64,000 bases of DNA from an uncultured Eubacteriales bacterium (GTDB lineage: Bacteria; Acidobacteriota; Aminicenantia; Aminicenantales; Aminicenantaceae), in NCBI GenBank assembly GCA_964348015.1, contig CAYGBC010000050.1:167154-231153 (forward strand), given 5' to 3'. The notes beneath the pieces are model-generated. The model did no database searches, was not told the origin of the DNA, and saw only the letters and a list, made by a program, of their open reading frames with translations. How positions within the stretch are numbered: position 1 is the first letter of the stretch; each line of letters starts with the position of its first letter. Shown one piece after another: positions 1 to 9,436 of the stretch. Position numbers and translations under genes: made by a program.

Positions 1-1
1 G

Positions 2-157
2 TTCAGTGTCCAGAGAGGAGATTTTGTTCGGAAAGGGGATATCATCGGACAAGTGGGATCCACTGGCCGGGTGACGGGTCCGCACCTTCACTGGGCCGTG
101 ATGGTCGCAGGGAAGAGTGTAGATCCGTATTCACTACTAAACCTGAATCTCGAATAA
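2..157 (+). CDS. M23 (LytM) family metallopeptidase, C-terminal fragment; the 5' end lies outside the window
   Basis: Frame-2 translation FSVQRGDFVRKGDIIGQVGSTGRVTGPHLHWAVMVAGKSVDPY... ends at TAA 155-157. The GxTG...GPHLHW motif is the characteristic M23 C-terminal His motif. Confidence 0.7.
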   Translation, partial: FSVQRGDFVRKGDIIGQVGSTGRVTGPHLHWAVMVAGKSVDPYSLLNLNLE

Positions 158-180
158 CTCAGGGCAAATAAACTCTAAGC

Positions 181-2217
181 TTACTTTAAGTATTCTGCCA
201 GCCATTCATGTACGGTTTTCCACCAGAGTTCTGCGTTCTGCGGCTTCTGGACGAAATGGTTTTCATCGGGGAAATACAGCATTTTGGACGGGACTCTCAT
301 TCTTTGGAGAGCTGTGAAAAACTGGAATCCTTGAGTGACCGGGACCCTAAAATCGTACTGTCCGTGAATCACGAGGCACGGGGTTTTAAAATTCTGGACG
401 AAGAAGCTTGGGGACCACTTCTCGTACATCTCTTTATTCGACCAGGGAGGGCCGTTGAATTCCCATTCTGGAAACCAGAGCTCTTCTGTCGCCCCATGCA
501 TCGACCGCAGGTCATAAACACCCGCATGGGAAATCAGACAGATGAACTTTGTGGTGTGACCTTCGATCCAGTTGATCATGTATCCGCCATAAGACGCGCC
601 GGCAGCCCCTAGACGGCTTTTATCGATGAAATTATATTCGGACAGAAGGTAATCCAAACCCTTCATGATGTCTTTGTAAGGTTTTCCGCCCCAATCGCCG
701 GTGATGGAATCTGTAAAAGCCTGGCCGTATCCTGTGCTGCCGTGGAAGTTGATCATAGCTGTGACATACCCGGGAGCCGCAAACATCTGGGCATTCCAGC
801 GGTAATGAAAGTTGTCCGACCAGGCGCCTTGAGGGCCTCCGTGAATGAGCATGACCAGCGGATATGTGTGTGAGGGATCAAAGTATGGAGGCTTGACCAG
901 AAAACCGTGAACTTTTTTTCCTTCGGCCCCTTCGAACCAGAAATCTTCTGCGGGATTCATCTCCAGCTTGGAGAGGAGGTTTTTGTTCATAGCAGTGAGC
1001 TGATTGATTTTTTTGGTTTTTAGGTCGAGAGAAAAAACATCAGCCGGGTGATGAAGAGCCTGCTTGAGAAAAACAAGCTTTTTTCCATCCGGGGATAGAC
1101 AGGGAGAGCTGATGTAGTGTCCTTGCAGGATTTTTTCGAACTTCTTGGTCTTGAGCGTGATCCGTCCCAGGGAGATCCGACCGTGTTCTTGATATGTGAC
1201 GTAAAGAACGGCGTTTTTTGCGGACCAGAGTATGGAGTTTATGGAGATATCCAGTTTTTCTGTCAGGTTCAAAGTTTTTTGGGTTTTCAGGTCGTAGAGA
1301 ATGAGGCTGTATTTGTCCGCCTCGAATCCGGGTCTGGCCATGGCCCGGTAAGCGATGTACCGTCCATCAGGAGAATAGTGAGGAGAGTTATCGTTGGCTG
1401 CGTTGGTCGTGATCTGTCGGATATCTCCCCCTTTGATGGGAGTGGTGAACAGGTCATTGTTTGTCCCGAGCGATATTTTGAGCTCCGGATCGATATTCCG
1501 GACAAAACAAATGGATTGTCCGTCTGCGGAAAATGCATAATCGTGGCCGCTTCCCAGAGATATCGGAGGAGTGTCGTAATCGCCGGGCGTGACATCTTTA
1601 GCTGTTCCTCCATCCGCAGGGATGACGAAGAGGTGGCTTCTCTTTTCATCCTGCCAAGAGTTCCAGTGCCGGAAGAGGAGCTGGTGGAAGAACTTGGCCT
1701 TGACTGCACTTTTGGCCTTTTCCTCATTTCTTTTTTTGTTGCATTCGTCATCCGGGCATTCCGGATAGACTGACGAAATAAACGCCAGATGTTTCCCGGT
1801 CGGGGACCAGACGACGCCGCTCGCTCCTGTGGACAGTCTTGTGACCTGGTGAGCTTCGCCTCCATGGGGGTCGATCATCCAGATTTGTGGAGATCCGCCT
1901 CTTGTCGATATGAAGGCGATTCTCTTCCCGTTCGGGGACCAACGAGGCCTGGAGTCGGATTCCGGGCTTGAGGTTAACCGTCTCGACTCTCCTCCGGATA
2001 GGGGAACGATCCATATATCACTGTTGCTGGTGTTCTTCTCCACGTCCATTTCCGTGACGACAAAGGCAATGAGGTCTCCGTTCGGAGAGACTTGCGGGTC
2101 GCTCACACGTTTTATGCGGATGAAATCATCAAACGAGAGGGGACGAGTTGACGAATTCGGCTGAAGAGTCGAGATCGAGAATAAAATCATCAATACAAAT
2201 ATTCCCGTTTTTTTCAT
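181..2217 (-). CDS. S9 family serine peptidase (prolyl oligopeptidase / acylaminoacyl-peptidase-like), secreted, with an N-terminal TolB-like beta-propeller
   Basis: 678 aa. N-terminal signal peptide MKKTGIFVLMILFSIS. Repeated SPDG/SPNG propeller motifs. The C-terminal alpha/beta hydrolase carries a GASYGGYM nucleophile elbow (GxSxGG) and HGGPQ. A GGAGG RBS precedes the ATG at 2217. Confidence 0.85.
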   Translation of the reverse strand: MKKTGIFVLMILFSISTLQPNSSTRPLSFDDFIRIKRVSDPQVSPNGDLIAFVVTEMDVEKNTSNSDIWIVPLSGGESRRLTSSPESDSRPRWSPNGKRIAFISTRGGSPQIWMIDPHGGEAHQVTRLSTGASGVVWSPTGKHLAFISSVYPECPDDECNKKRNEEKAKSAVKAKFFHQLLFRHWNSWQDEKRSHLFVIPADGGTAKDVTPGDYDTPPISLGSGHDYAFSADGQSICFVRNIDPELKISLGTNNDLFTTPIKGGDIRQITTNAANDNSPHYSPDGRYIAYRAMARPGFEADKYSLILYDLKTQKTLNLTEKLDISINSILWSAKNAVLYVTYQEHGRISLGRITLKTKKFEKILQGHYISSPCLSPDGKKLVFLKQALHHPADVFSLDLKTKKINQLTAMNKNLLSKLEMNPAEDFWFEGAEGKKVHGFLVKPPYFDPSHTYPLVMLIHGGPQGAWSDNFHYRWNAQMFAAPGYVTAMINFHGSTGYGQAFTDSITGDWGGKPYKDIMKGLDYLLSEYNFIDKSRLGAAGASYGGYMINWIEGHTTKFICLISHAGVYDLRSMHGATEELWFPEWEFNGPPWSNKEMYEKWSPSFFVQNFKTPCLVIHGQYDFRVPVTQGFQFFTALQRMRVPSKMLYFPDENHFVQKPQNAELWWKTVHEWLAEYLK

Positions 2218-2292
2218 CTTTCCTCCTCCTTTTCATGAGTGAGAGAATCCTTAATTAACACAAATCCCCGCGTATAGCAATGGCAGTGCGCT

Positions 2293-2607
2293 GGCCAGTG
2301 GATTCCGAAAACACGCAACTTTTGCCCCTGCGAGCACCTCGGAGAGGGAACAGCTTCGCTTTCCCCCTTCCGACGATCGCCTCACTCCGCTTACGGCTCT
2401 CTGCCTCCCCTTCTCAGGCAGGACCTTTAATCCTGCCCTGCGACCAAGAGGGCATACCCCCTTGGAATCCCCACTGATTTGTGTCTCTATTGAAAGTCAC
2501 AAATCAGACAAAAGATTCTCGGTTTCAAGCTCCGCTCTCCTCACCTCATCAGTGAGGAACCGTGCCCGCTCCGCCTTCAAACGGTTTTCTCATCCACTCG
2601 CCTTCGC
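2293..2607. repeat. Intergenic short repeat, copy A (same family as copies at 24001-24134 and 44921-45123), carrying an extra internal insert of about 190 bp
   Basis: Block 2299-2337 (ggattccgaaaacacgcaacttttgcccctgcgagcacc) matches 44928-44966 almost exactly. Block 2529-2607 (ctccgctctcctc...gaggaaccgtgcccgctccgccttcaaacggttttctc) matches 44983-45067. The left end ggccagtggattccgaaaacacgc is the inverted complement of 45102-45123. Confidence 0.6.
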
Positions 2608-2769
2608 TTATAAGCCAAGAGGAGCAGTGACGGATGGGCATTTAAAATCTGATTGGAGCGAAAACATCTCCTCATGTTCAATTTCTTCATTAGAAAAGAG
2701 GGAAATGATGCGGTTGTTGACATCGATTTGCCTCATCCCTATAGTATAGGCTTAATATGAGGAATAGGA

Positions 2770-4389
2770 ATGGATAAAAAGAACCATCCCGACACGCCCG
2801 ATTCCCTGGTGGAAGCCATAAAAAAAGCCTATCGAGACGGACAGGAAGATGAAGCGCTCGAGCCGATTGTCGCGGTGGACTCTTCCAGACAACCCATCGG
2901 TAGATTCGAACGGGGAGACTCAGTTATTTTTTACGATATTCGAGGAGAGAGAGAGATCCAGATCACCGAGAGTCTGACCCAAAAGGATTTCAATCACTTT
3001 CCAGTAGAGAAGGATCTAGACCTCAAGTTTGTGACCATGATCGAGTATGACTCCTCTCTCGATGTGGATGTCGCTTTTTCACCCGACAGGGAAATTAAAA
3101 ACACTTTAACTGAGGCTCTTTCTCACGCTGGCCTGAGATCTCTCAAAATCGCCGAATCGGAAAAGGCTATTCATGTGGGCTATTTCCTGAATGGGAAGAG
3201 TGAAGAAACGTTTCCAGGTGAGAAAAGGATTGTCATTCCTTCTCCTGAGGGGATTTCGTCTTATGCTTCCACGCCAGAAATGAGCGCCAGTCAGGTTGCC
3301 GATGCGATCTCTGAGAACATCGATAATCCTTCCTTCCGGATGATCGTGGCTAATTTAGCCAATGTCGACGTGATCGGTCATATAGAGGATCAAAACGCAG
3401 TGATCCAAGCCGTAGAAGAAGTTGACCGTCAGTTAGGGAAGATCGTGGAGAATTGCCGAAGCAAGGGGGTAACTCTTGTGGCCACCTCCGACCATGGGAC
3501 GGTAGAAGAGTGGCTCTATCCGGATGGGGCGATAAACACGGGACACACCAAAAATCCCGTTCCGTTTGTCCTAGCGGACTTCTCCAGCCCGCCTGAGGAC
3601 CAGAGCTTGAGACCGGAAGGAGAGCTTGCGGACGTCGCTCCAACTGTGCTGAGCCTCCTGGGAGTCGAAAAGCCCGCAGAAATGACTGGGGAATGTTTGC
3701 TCCTGCGCCCGCCGGAGAAAGCCAGGACAGGGCGCCGGGTGCTGCTTCTGATTCTGGATGGATGGGGCATGAGAGAGGACAGAGGCGGGAATCTCATCGC
3801 GGCTGCAAGGACTCCGAACTTCGACACATTGTGGTCTCGCTTCCCTCACGCCTTGCTCCAGGCATCAGGAGAAGCTGTGGGGATGCCCTCTCATACCGTG
3901 GGAAATTCAGAAGCCGGGCATCTGCACATCGGTGCGGGCAGGCGGATTTTTCTCGACCGGGTCAGGATCGATAGGGCCATAAAGAACGGCAGTTTTAATA
4001 CAAATGAGGCTTTTCTTTGGGCGATTGAAGAGGCCAAGAGAAATAAAAAAGCTCTTCATCTTTTAGGAATTGTGTCTTTCTACAGCTCCCACGGAACGCT
4101 CGACCATCTCTTTGCTCTTCTTCGCTTGGCGAAGCAGCATGAAGTGGAAAAAATTTTCATCCACTCTTTGATCGGTCGGAGGGGAGAAAAACCCGAGAGC
4201 GGAGCGATTTATATCGCTCAAGTCCAGGATACGTGCCGGTCGCTGTCTCTCGGCCAGGTTGTCACCGTGATAGGACGATTCTGGGCTCTGGACAGAGAAG
4301 AGAATTGGGACAGAGTGGAAAAGACTTATCGGGCACTCGTGTACGGAGAAGGGACACATGTTCCTGTGGGCCATGACATCAAAAAATAG
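2770..4389 (+). CDS. gpmI: 2,3-bisphosphoglycerate-independent phosphoglycerate mutase (iPGM), circularly permuted domain order
   Basis: 539 aa. Residues 1-310 align to the C-terminal two-thirds of canonical GpmI: AYRDGQEDEALEPIVAV, HVGYFLNGKSEETFPGEKRIVIPSP, ATSDHGTVEE, ADVAPTVLSLLGVEKPAEMTG. Residues 311-539 align to the GpmI N-terminus: LLLILDGWGMRED, GNSEAGHLHIGAGRR, ALHLLGIVS..SHGTLDHLFALLRLA, WALDREENWDRVEKTYRALVYGEG. This is a single uninterrupted ORF. Confidence 0.9.
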   Translation: MDKKNHPDTPDSLVEAIKKAYRDGQEDEALEPIVAVDSSRQPIGRFERGDSVIFYDIRGEREIQITESLTQKDFNHFPVEKDLDLKFVTMIEYDSSLDVDVAFSPDREIKNTLTEALSHAGLRSLKIAESEKAIHVGYFLNGKSEETFPGEKRIVIPSPEGISSYASTPEMSASQVADAISENIDNPSFRMIVANLANVDVIGHIEDQNAVIQAVEEVDRQLGKIVENCRSKGVTLVATSDHGTVEEWLYPDGAINTGHTKNPVPFVLADFSSPPEDQSLRPEGELADVAPTVLSLLGVEKPAEMTGECLLLRPPEKARTGRRVLLLILDGWGMREDRGGNLIAAARTPNFDTLWSRFPHALLQASGEAVGMPSHTVGNSEAGHLHIGAGRRIFLDRVRIDRAIKNGSFNTNEAFLWAIEEAKRNKKALHLLGIVSFYSSHGTLDHLFALLRLAKQHEVEKIFIHSLIGRRGEKPESGAIYIAQVQDTCRSLSLGQVVTVIGRFWALDREENWDRVEKTYRALVYGEGTHVPVGHDIKK

Positions 4390-4470
4390 CGTTCTGAAAT
4401 GGTTTTAAGAAACTTTTCTTAGGAAAAAATCGTATTTTTATAAAAGTGCATATAATGTAAAATTGATAAA

Positions 4471-5379
4471 ATGAGTATAGAAGTCAAGGATATCCACTTC
4501 AGTTACGGGAAGATCAAAGCTCTGGATGGCGTGAGCCTGGATCTTTCCCAGGGAGCCATAGGCCTACTCGGCCCAAACGGTGCCGGAAAGAGCACTCTGA
4601 TTCGCATCATGCTCGGATTTCTCTCTCCGGATGGGGGAGAAGGCCGGATTCTCGATTATGACATCAAGTCTCAACAGGATGAGATCCGCCGGTATGTGGG
4701 ATACATGCCTGAAGATGACTGTTTCATTCCTGAACTGGATGCAGTTTCATTCACTTCCTATCTTGGTGAACTGTCAGGAATGCCCCGTCAGGAAGCCATG
4801 AAACGAGCCCATGAAGTTCTGTATTACGTGGGGCTTGAGGAGAGCCGATACAGAACGGTGGAGACCTACTCCGCAGGCATGAAGCAGAGGCTCAAACTGG
4901 CCCAATCTTTGGTGCATGATCCAAAGCTCATTTTTCTGGATGAGCCGACGAGCGGTCTTGATCCCCAAGGAAGAACGGAAATACTGGACTTGATTATGGA
5001 TATCTCTTCTAAGAAAAATGTCCAGGTTTTGATCTCGTCTCATATTCTTCCGGATATCGAGCTGACGTGCGGTTATGTCGTGATTCTCAACAAGGGAATT
5101 GTAGCCTCACAGGGGGAGATCTCCAAGCTCAAAGAGATTCGAGATCTGTATGAGATAAAGGTGATGGGGGAGGCTCAGGCCTTTGTTAAAAAATTAGAAG
5201 ATATGAAATGCAGGGTGGAAGAAACAGAAGAGGGAATTCTGAAAGTCTACACACCTCCGAACTATAACCGGCAGGAATTTTTCAGGATCGCTGCCGAAGA
5301 AAAGCTGCAGTTGAGACATTTTGTCAAGAGTCAGTCTTCGCTCGAGGACCTGTTCGCCGATGCCGTGGGAGTGGATTGA
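4471..5379 (+). CDS. ABC transporter ATP-binding protein (ABC-2 type)
   Basis: Walker A GPNGAGKST, signature SAGMKQRL, Walker B IFLDEPTSGLD, H-loop SSHIL. Confidence 0.9.
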   Translation: MSIEVKDIHFSYGKIKALDGVSLDLSQGAIGLLGPNGAGKSTLIRIMLGFLSPDGGEGRILDYDIKSQQDEIRRYVGYMPEDDCFIPELDAVSFTSYLGELSGMPRQEAMKRAHEVLYYVGLEESRYRTVETYSAGMKQRLKLAQSLVHDPKLIFLDEPTSGLDPQGRTEILDLIMDISSKKNVQVLISSHILPDIELTCGYVVILNKGIVASQGEISKLKEIRDLYEIKVMGEAQAFVKKLEDMKCRVEETEEGILKVYTPPNYNRQEFFRIAAEEKLQLRHFVKSQSSLEDLFADAVGVD

Positions 5380-6248
5380 TGACCATAAAAGAGAAGGGAT
5401 ACACGCACTGGGATGGAGAGTTTTTGGATAAGAAACTCCCCTGGTGGCCGATCACTCGATACGGAATCAAACTCACATTCAGGAAAAAATTCTTTAAACT
5501 CATCTTCCCGTTGAGTCTTCTTCCCGCTGTCGTGTTTTTAGCCGGGATTTATGTGTCGGAACGACTGGAAGATTTCAAGTTTATGATTCGGGAATCTGTG
5601 CCCTTCCTCCAGATCAATCCTGCGTATTTTAAGACATACTTAGTCGACAACTTCATGCTGTTCATCATGATCATCATCGTGATCTTCTGCGGTGCGGGGC
5701 TGATCTCCGATGACCTCAAACACAATTCTCTCCAGCTGTACTTTGCAAGGCCGTTGAAGAAAAGAGATTATTTTTTCGGAAAGACCGCGGTTATCGTTTT
5801 CTTCTTATTCATCCTCACTCTGGTTCCGGGGTTAGTGTTCATCATCATGAAGCTTATTTTTGCGGGGAGTTTCAAGTTTTTTCTCTCCTATCCATGGCTT
5901 CCGATTGCGGTCATCGGTTATTCAATATTTGTGACCGCATTTTTTTCTTTTTATGTTCTTTTCCTCTCTTCGTTGAGCAAGAACCGAAGGTATGTGGCCA
6001 TCCTGATTTTCCTCATTTATGTTTTTTCTGACATATTCCGGGTGATTTTCTACGATAATTTTCACAACCACTACTTCTCGCTTCTTTCACTCAGGGCCAA
6101 TATCCAACAGGTGGGCGCGTTCATCTTCAGCCAGAAAACTCCTTACCCGATTCCTTGGTTTTATTCTTTGCTGGTTCTGACGGCCATCTGTGTTCTGGCA
6201 GGATTTGTCTTGAAGAAAAAAGTCAGAGGAGTCGAGATCGTCAAATGA
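5376..6248 (+). CDS. ABC-2 family transporter permease
   Basis: 290 aa polytopic membrane protein. Its start overlaps the upstream ATPase stop (ATGA) and its stop overlaps the next ATPase start (ATGA). Confidence 0.7.
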   Translation: MMTIKEKGYTHWDGEFLDKKLPWWPITRYGIKLTFRKKFFKLIFPLSLLPAVVFLAGIYVSERLEDFKFMIRESVPFLQINPAYFKTYLVDNFMLFIMIIIVIFCGAGLISDDLKHNSLQLYFARPLKKRDYFFGKTAVIVFFLFILTLVPGLVFIIMKLIFAGSFKFFLSYPWLPIAVIGYSIFVTAFFSFYVLFLSSLSKNRRYVAILIFLIYVFSDIFRVIFYDNFHNHYFSLLSLRANIQQVGAFIFSQKTPYPIPWFYSLLVLTAICVLAGFVLKKKVRGVEIVK

Positions 6249-7171
6249 AATCCGTGATCGAAACAGAACATCTTTCCAAATGGTATGGGAATGTTCTCGG
6301 ATTGAGTGATGTTTCTCTTCAGATAGAGCCGGGGATCACCGGGATTCTTGGACCGAACGGTGCAGGAAAGTCCACTTTCCTCAAGCTGATTTCCGGACAG
6401 ATCAAGCCGAACATCGGTACGTGCGCCATCAAAGGAGAGAGGGTTCGGAATAACTATCGTCTCTTCTCGAACATCGGTTTCTGTCCAGAGCAGGATGCCT
6501 TTTATGAAGACCTGACTGGATGGCAGTTCATGACCGGGCTCTTGAGGTTGTATCATTGTTCCCGCTCCGAGCGGGAATCCAGGGCCAAAGAGGCCCTGGA
6601 AATCGTGGAGCTGATGGAGGACAAGGACAGAGTCATAAAATCCTACAGCCGGGGCATGCGCCAAAGGCTCAAGGTGGCTCAGGCGATTGCTCATGACCCG
6701 GAGATCATCATCCTTGACGAGCCTTTGAATGGATTGGACCCACTGGGGAGGAGGAAGATCATACGCCTCATCAAGACCTATAAGGGCGAAGGTCGGACCA
6801 TCATCGTATCCAGCCACGTCCTTCCCGAGATTGAAGCCATGACCAAGCGCATCATCCTCATCCATCAGGGAAAGATATTCGCTCAAGGGGATATCCACTA
6901 TATCCGGGATTTGATCGAGTCACATCCTCATATCGTTTCTGTAAAATGCAGCGATCCGCGCCAGCTGGCCTCGGAATTCATTCAGGAGGATTTTGTCCTG
7001 AACGTGAATTTTAGCTCTGCGGAGGATACTCTTCTTGTCGAGACCAATAACAGGGATAAATTCTTCGGTCTTCTCCCTCCTCTTGTCGTCAGACACAACA
7101 TCGAAGTGGATGAGATCACGTCTCCCGATGACAACTTGCAGGCTGTTTTTGACTATTTGGTAGGAAAATAA
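6245..7171 (+). CDS. ABC transporter ATP-binding protein (second copy)
   Basis: The N-terminus MKSVIETEHLSKWYGN places the real start at ATG 6245. The 6155 extension in the ORF track overlaps the previous gene. Walker A GPNGAGKST, signature YSRGMRQRL, Walker B IILDEPLNGLD. Confidence 0.9.
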   Translation: MKSVIETEHLSKWYGNVLGLSDVSLQIEPGITGILGPNGAGKSTFLKLISGQIKPNIGTCAIKGERVRNNYRLFSNIGFCPEQDAFYEDLTGWQFMTGLLRLYHCSRSERESRAKEALEIVELMEDKDRVIKSYSRGMRQRLKVAQAIAHDPEIIILDEPLNGLDPLGRRKIIRLIKTYKGEGRTIIVSSHVLPEIEAMTKRIILIHQGKIFAQGDIHYIRDLIESHPHIVSVKCSDPRQLASEFIQEDFVLNVNFSSAEDTLLVETNNRDKFFGLLPPLVVRHNIEVDEITSPDDNLQAVFDYLVGK

Positions 7172-7172
7172 G

Positions 7173-7985
7173 ATGGTCCAGGAAATCCGAAAGAAATTGA
7201 AATTTTTTCTGAGTTCCGTGAAGGATGTATTCCCCTTTTTCTTCTCGATGGGAAGAAAATCAGCAAAGATGAAAGTCTTTGTCTTGATCAGTCTCCTTCC
7301 TGTCTTGATTGCCCTGATCATCAAGGTGAATCAATTCTTATCAGACCGAACGCCTATCCAGGGAATTTTTATCTTTAACAACATGGCTGTCGTGATCTAT
7401 CTCCAGTTCCTGATTCTCATCCTGGCTCTGTTTTACGGGACATCCGTGTGTTCAGAAGAGGTCGAGGGGAAAACATTGACCTATTTGACCACTCGTCCTG
7501 TCTCGAAGTCGGCTCTTCTCATCGGGAAATATGCGGCCTACACGTCTTTGGCCATTATCATGATAAGCATCGGAGTGATCCTGTCATTCCTGATCCTGAA
7601 TTTGAATGATTTGCTCAATTTTTCCCTGTATAAAACTTTGTTGAGAGATGTGGTCGTCCTGAGTTTGGGATTGATGTGCTACACTGCGTTTTTCACGTTT
7701 ATCGGAACGATCATGAGGAAATCGATCCTGTTCGGGCTGGTATTCAGTTTTGGATGGGAAAACGTGATCCAGTATTTTCCGGGTTCCACGCAACGCTTTG
7801 CCATAGTTCATTATCTCAAGTCTCTTCTGCCTGTCCCAAGAACAGGGCGTTTCTCTTTTCTAATGTTCAGGTTGGAGCCCAGCTCACCCCTGTTTTCGGT
7901 TTTTATGATTTTCCTGATCACAGGAGTGTTTCTTGGTTTAGCCTGTGTTCTTTTTTCCTGGAAAGAATATATATTCGAGGATTGA
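7173..7985 (+). CDS. ABC-2 family transporter permease (second copy)
   Basis: 270 aa with about 6 predicted TM helices. It begins 2 nt after the ATPase stop. Confidence 0.7.
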   Translation: MVQEIRKKLKFFLSSVKDVFPFFFSMGRKSAKMKVFVLISLLPVLIALIIKVNQFLSDRTPIQGIFIFNNMAVVIYLQFLILILALFYGTSVCSEEVEGKTLTYLTTRPVSKSALLIGKYAAYTSLAIIMISIGVILSFLILNLNDLLNFSLYKTLLRDVVVLSLGLMCYTAFFTFIGTIMRKSILFGLVFSFGWENVIQYFPGSTQRFAIVHYLKSLLPVPRTGRFSFLMFRLEPSSPLFSVFMIFLITGVFLGLACVLFSWKEYIFED

Positions 7986-8154
7986 GAATTAGAGAGAGGA
8001 AAAAAATCTTTTTTAGGGAGTGTTCCTTTTAATCCTTATAATTATGGACGGGAAAATACTGTTTTTCTTCTTTTAAAAATCACTTATCCTTTTATTATGA
8101 ATGATTCAGGAGACCCTGATGGTTCAGTTTATTCGGGGGAATTTTTTTCTCGTA

Positions 8155-9177
8155 TTATTTTATGTCTTCCTCTTCTGTCTCTTTCAACGTGAATTTACTC
8201 ATAAAATCATTGAAAAAGTCATCCGGATAACTGGCATAAATTCTCACGTGGTCTGGGGCGGATGTAATTTCAATCCTCTCTAAGACCTCAGCAAAGTTAA
8301 ATTCCTGGATCGTGATCATGGATCCCATTTCTTTCAGTCCGATCAGGTTGTCAGCGATTTCCTGATTGGAGATGGGATCACTGCTCCTGAGCTTGATCTC
8401 AGCCATGATAATCCTGTCCTTGTAGTCGAAGGAGAGAGAGACGGCCTGGATAGATTCCAGGTTAGTGGGCATGGGAATTTCGTCGCTCAAAGCCGCTGTG
8501 GCTTCCGGAGGAATCAGAACTCCTCCCCAGAACAGTGCGCTCTTGTCCGTATCCTTGAACAGGGCGGAAAATTCTTCGCTTTGCAGAACATTTCCTTTCT
8601 TTTTCTGCAAGACGTCTGTGACAGATTTGACGAGCGGCGCGTTTCCAGCGGCGATATTCGACTTGTCAATGAAAACGAAGGTGCCTTCTTCGTCTTTTTC
8701 TTTGTAATGGTACAGTGTGTAGCCGTTGTATTCCTCTTCTGTGAGTTCACTTTCCGTTTCTTCGGTTTTGGCTTTGATGAAGGAGAGCAGCGATTCCTTG
8801 TCGTATTTGAGGTTGACGATTCCAACACCCCAGTCGGGTTCCTCTTCAATCCCATCCCTCTCTTTCATGGCTGCCGCGACGTAATACACGTCCTTTTTCA
8901 GATCGATCCCAGTCATTTCGACGAATTTCTCGTAATCCGTAAATTCCTCGAATTCTTTGTCTTCCATTTTTTCATTGACGAGTTTATCCACGGTTTCCAC
9001 CGTCAGGATCCTTTGGACATCGATGAAGAACACGGCGGCCACATCTTCCGGAAGAAGACGGAGCATCTCTTCAGCCTGGGCAGCGCCTGCACTCGGGCCA
9101 AGAAGACCTTTCTCGCAGGAGATAAACGAAAACAGAATAAAAACAATCGCTACAGCGATGCCAGTAAATTTTTTCAT
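8155..9177 (-). CDS. Lipoprotein of unknown function, acidic
   Basis: A GAGGAGG RBS sits 8 nt upstream of the internal ATG at 9177. The N-terminus MKKFTGIAVAIVFILFSFISCEK is a lipoprotein signal with a lipobox Cys. I recognise no catalytic motifs. Confidence 0.55.
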   Translation of the reverse strand: MKKFTGIAVAIVFILFSFISCEKGLLGPSAGAAQAEEMLRLLPEDVAAVFFIDVQRILTVETVDKLVNEKMEDKEFEEFTDYEKFVEMTGIDLKKDVYYVAAAMKERDGIEEEPDWGVGIVNLKYDKESLLSFIKAKTEETESELTEEEYNGYTLYHYKEKDEEGTFVFIDKSNIAAGNAPLVKSVTDVLQKKKGNVLQSEEFSALFKDTDKSALFWGGVLIPPEATAALSDEIPMPTNLESIQAVSLSFDYKDRIIMAEIKLRSSDPISNQEIADNLIGLKEMGSMITIQEFNFAEVLERIEITSAPDHVRIYASYPDDFFNDFMSKFTLKETEEEDIK

Positions 9178-9436
9178 TTTATTGCCTCCTCGATTATTCA
9201 TACAGCCTTATTTTTTCTTTAAGCCAGTGAGAACTATATCAAATATAACACAAACTGAGCAAATGAACTCTCTTTTCGTTTCGCTCGAATTCTAATTATT
9301 CATTTGATAGGATTGATAGAGAGTTGCACTTCAAGCCATTATACGAATTTCAGTCCTGAAAGGTTCATCCTCTGTCTCAACTGCGAACCAAACATTGGAT
9401 ACCTCTCTCGCAGAGATGAGATTTTTGGCTTTGTTA

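Noticed and set aside
2414-2434. tRNA-like anticodon stem-loop ggcagga-cctttaa-tcctgcc.
   Set aside because: It lacks U33 and purine-37 loop geometry. No acceptor, D- or T-arm can be built around it. It is part of the repeat-element insert.
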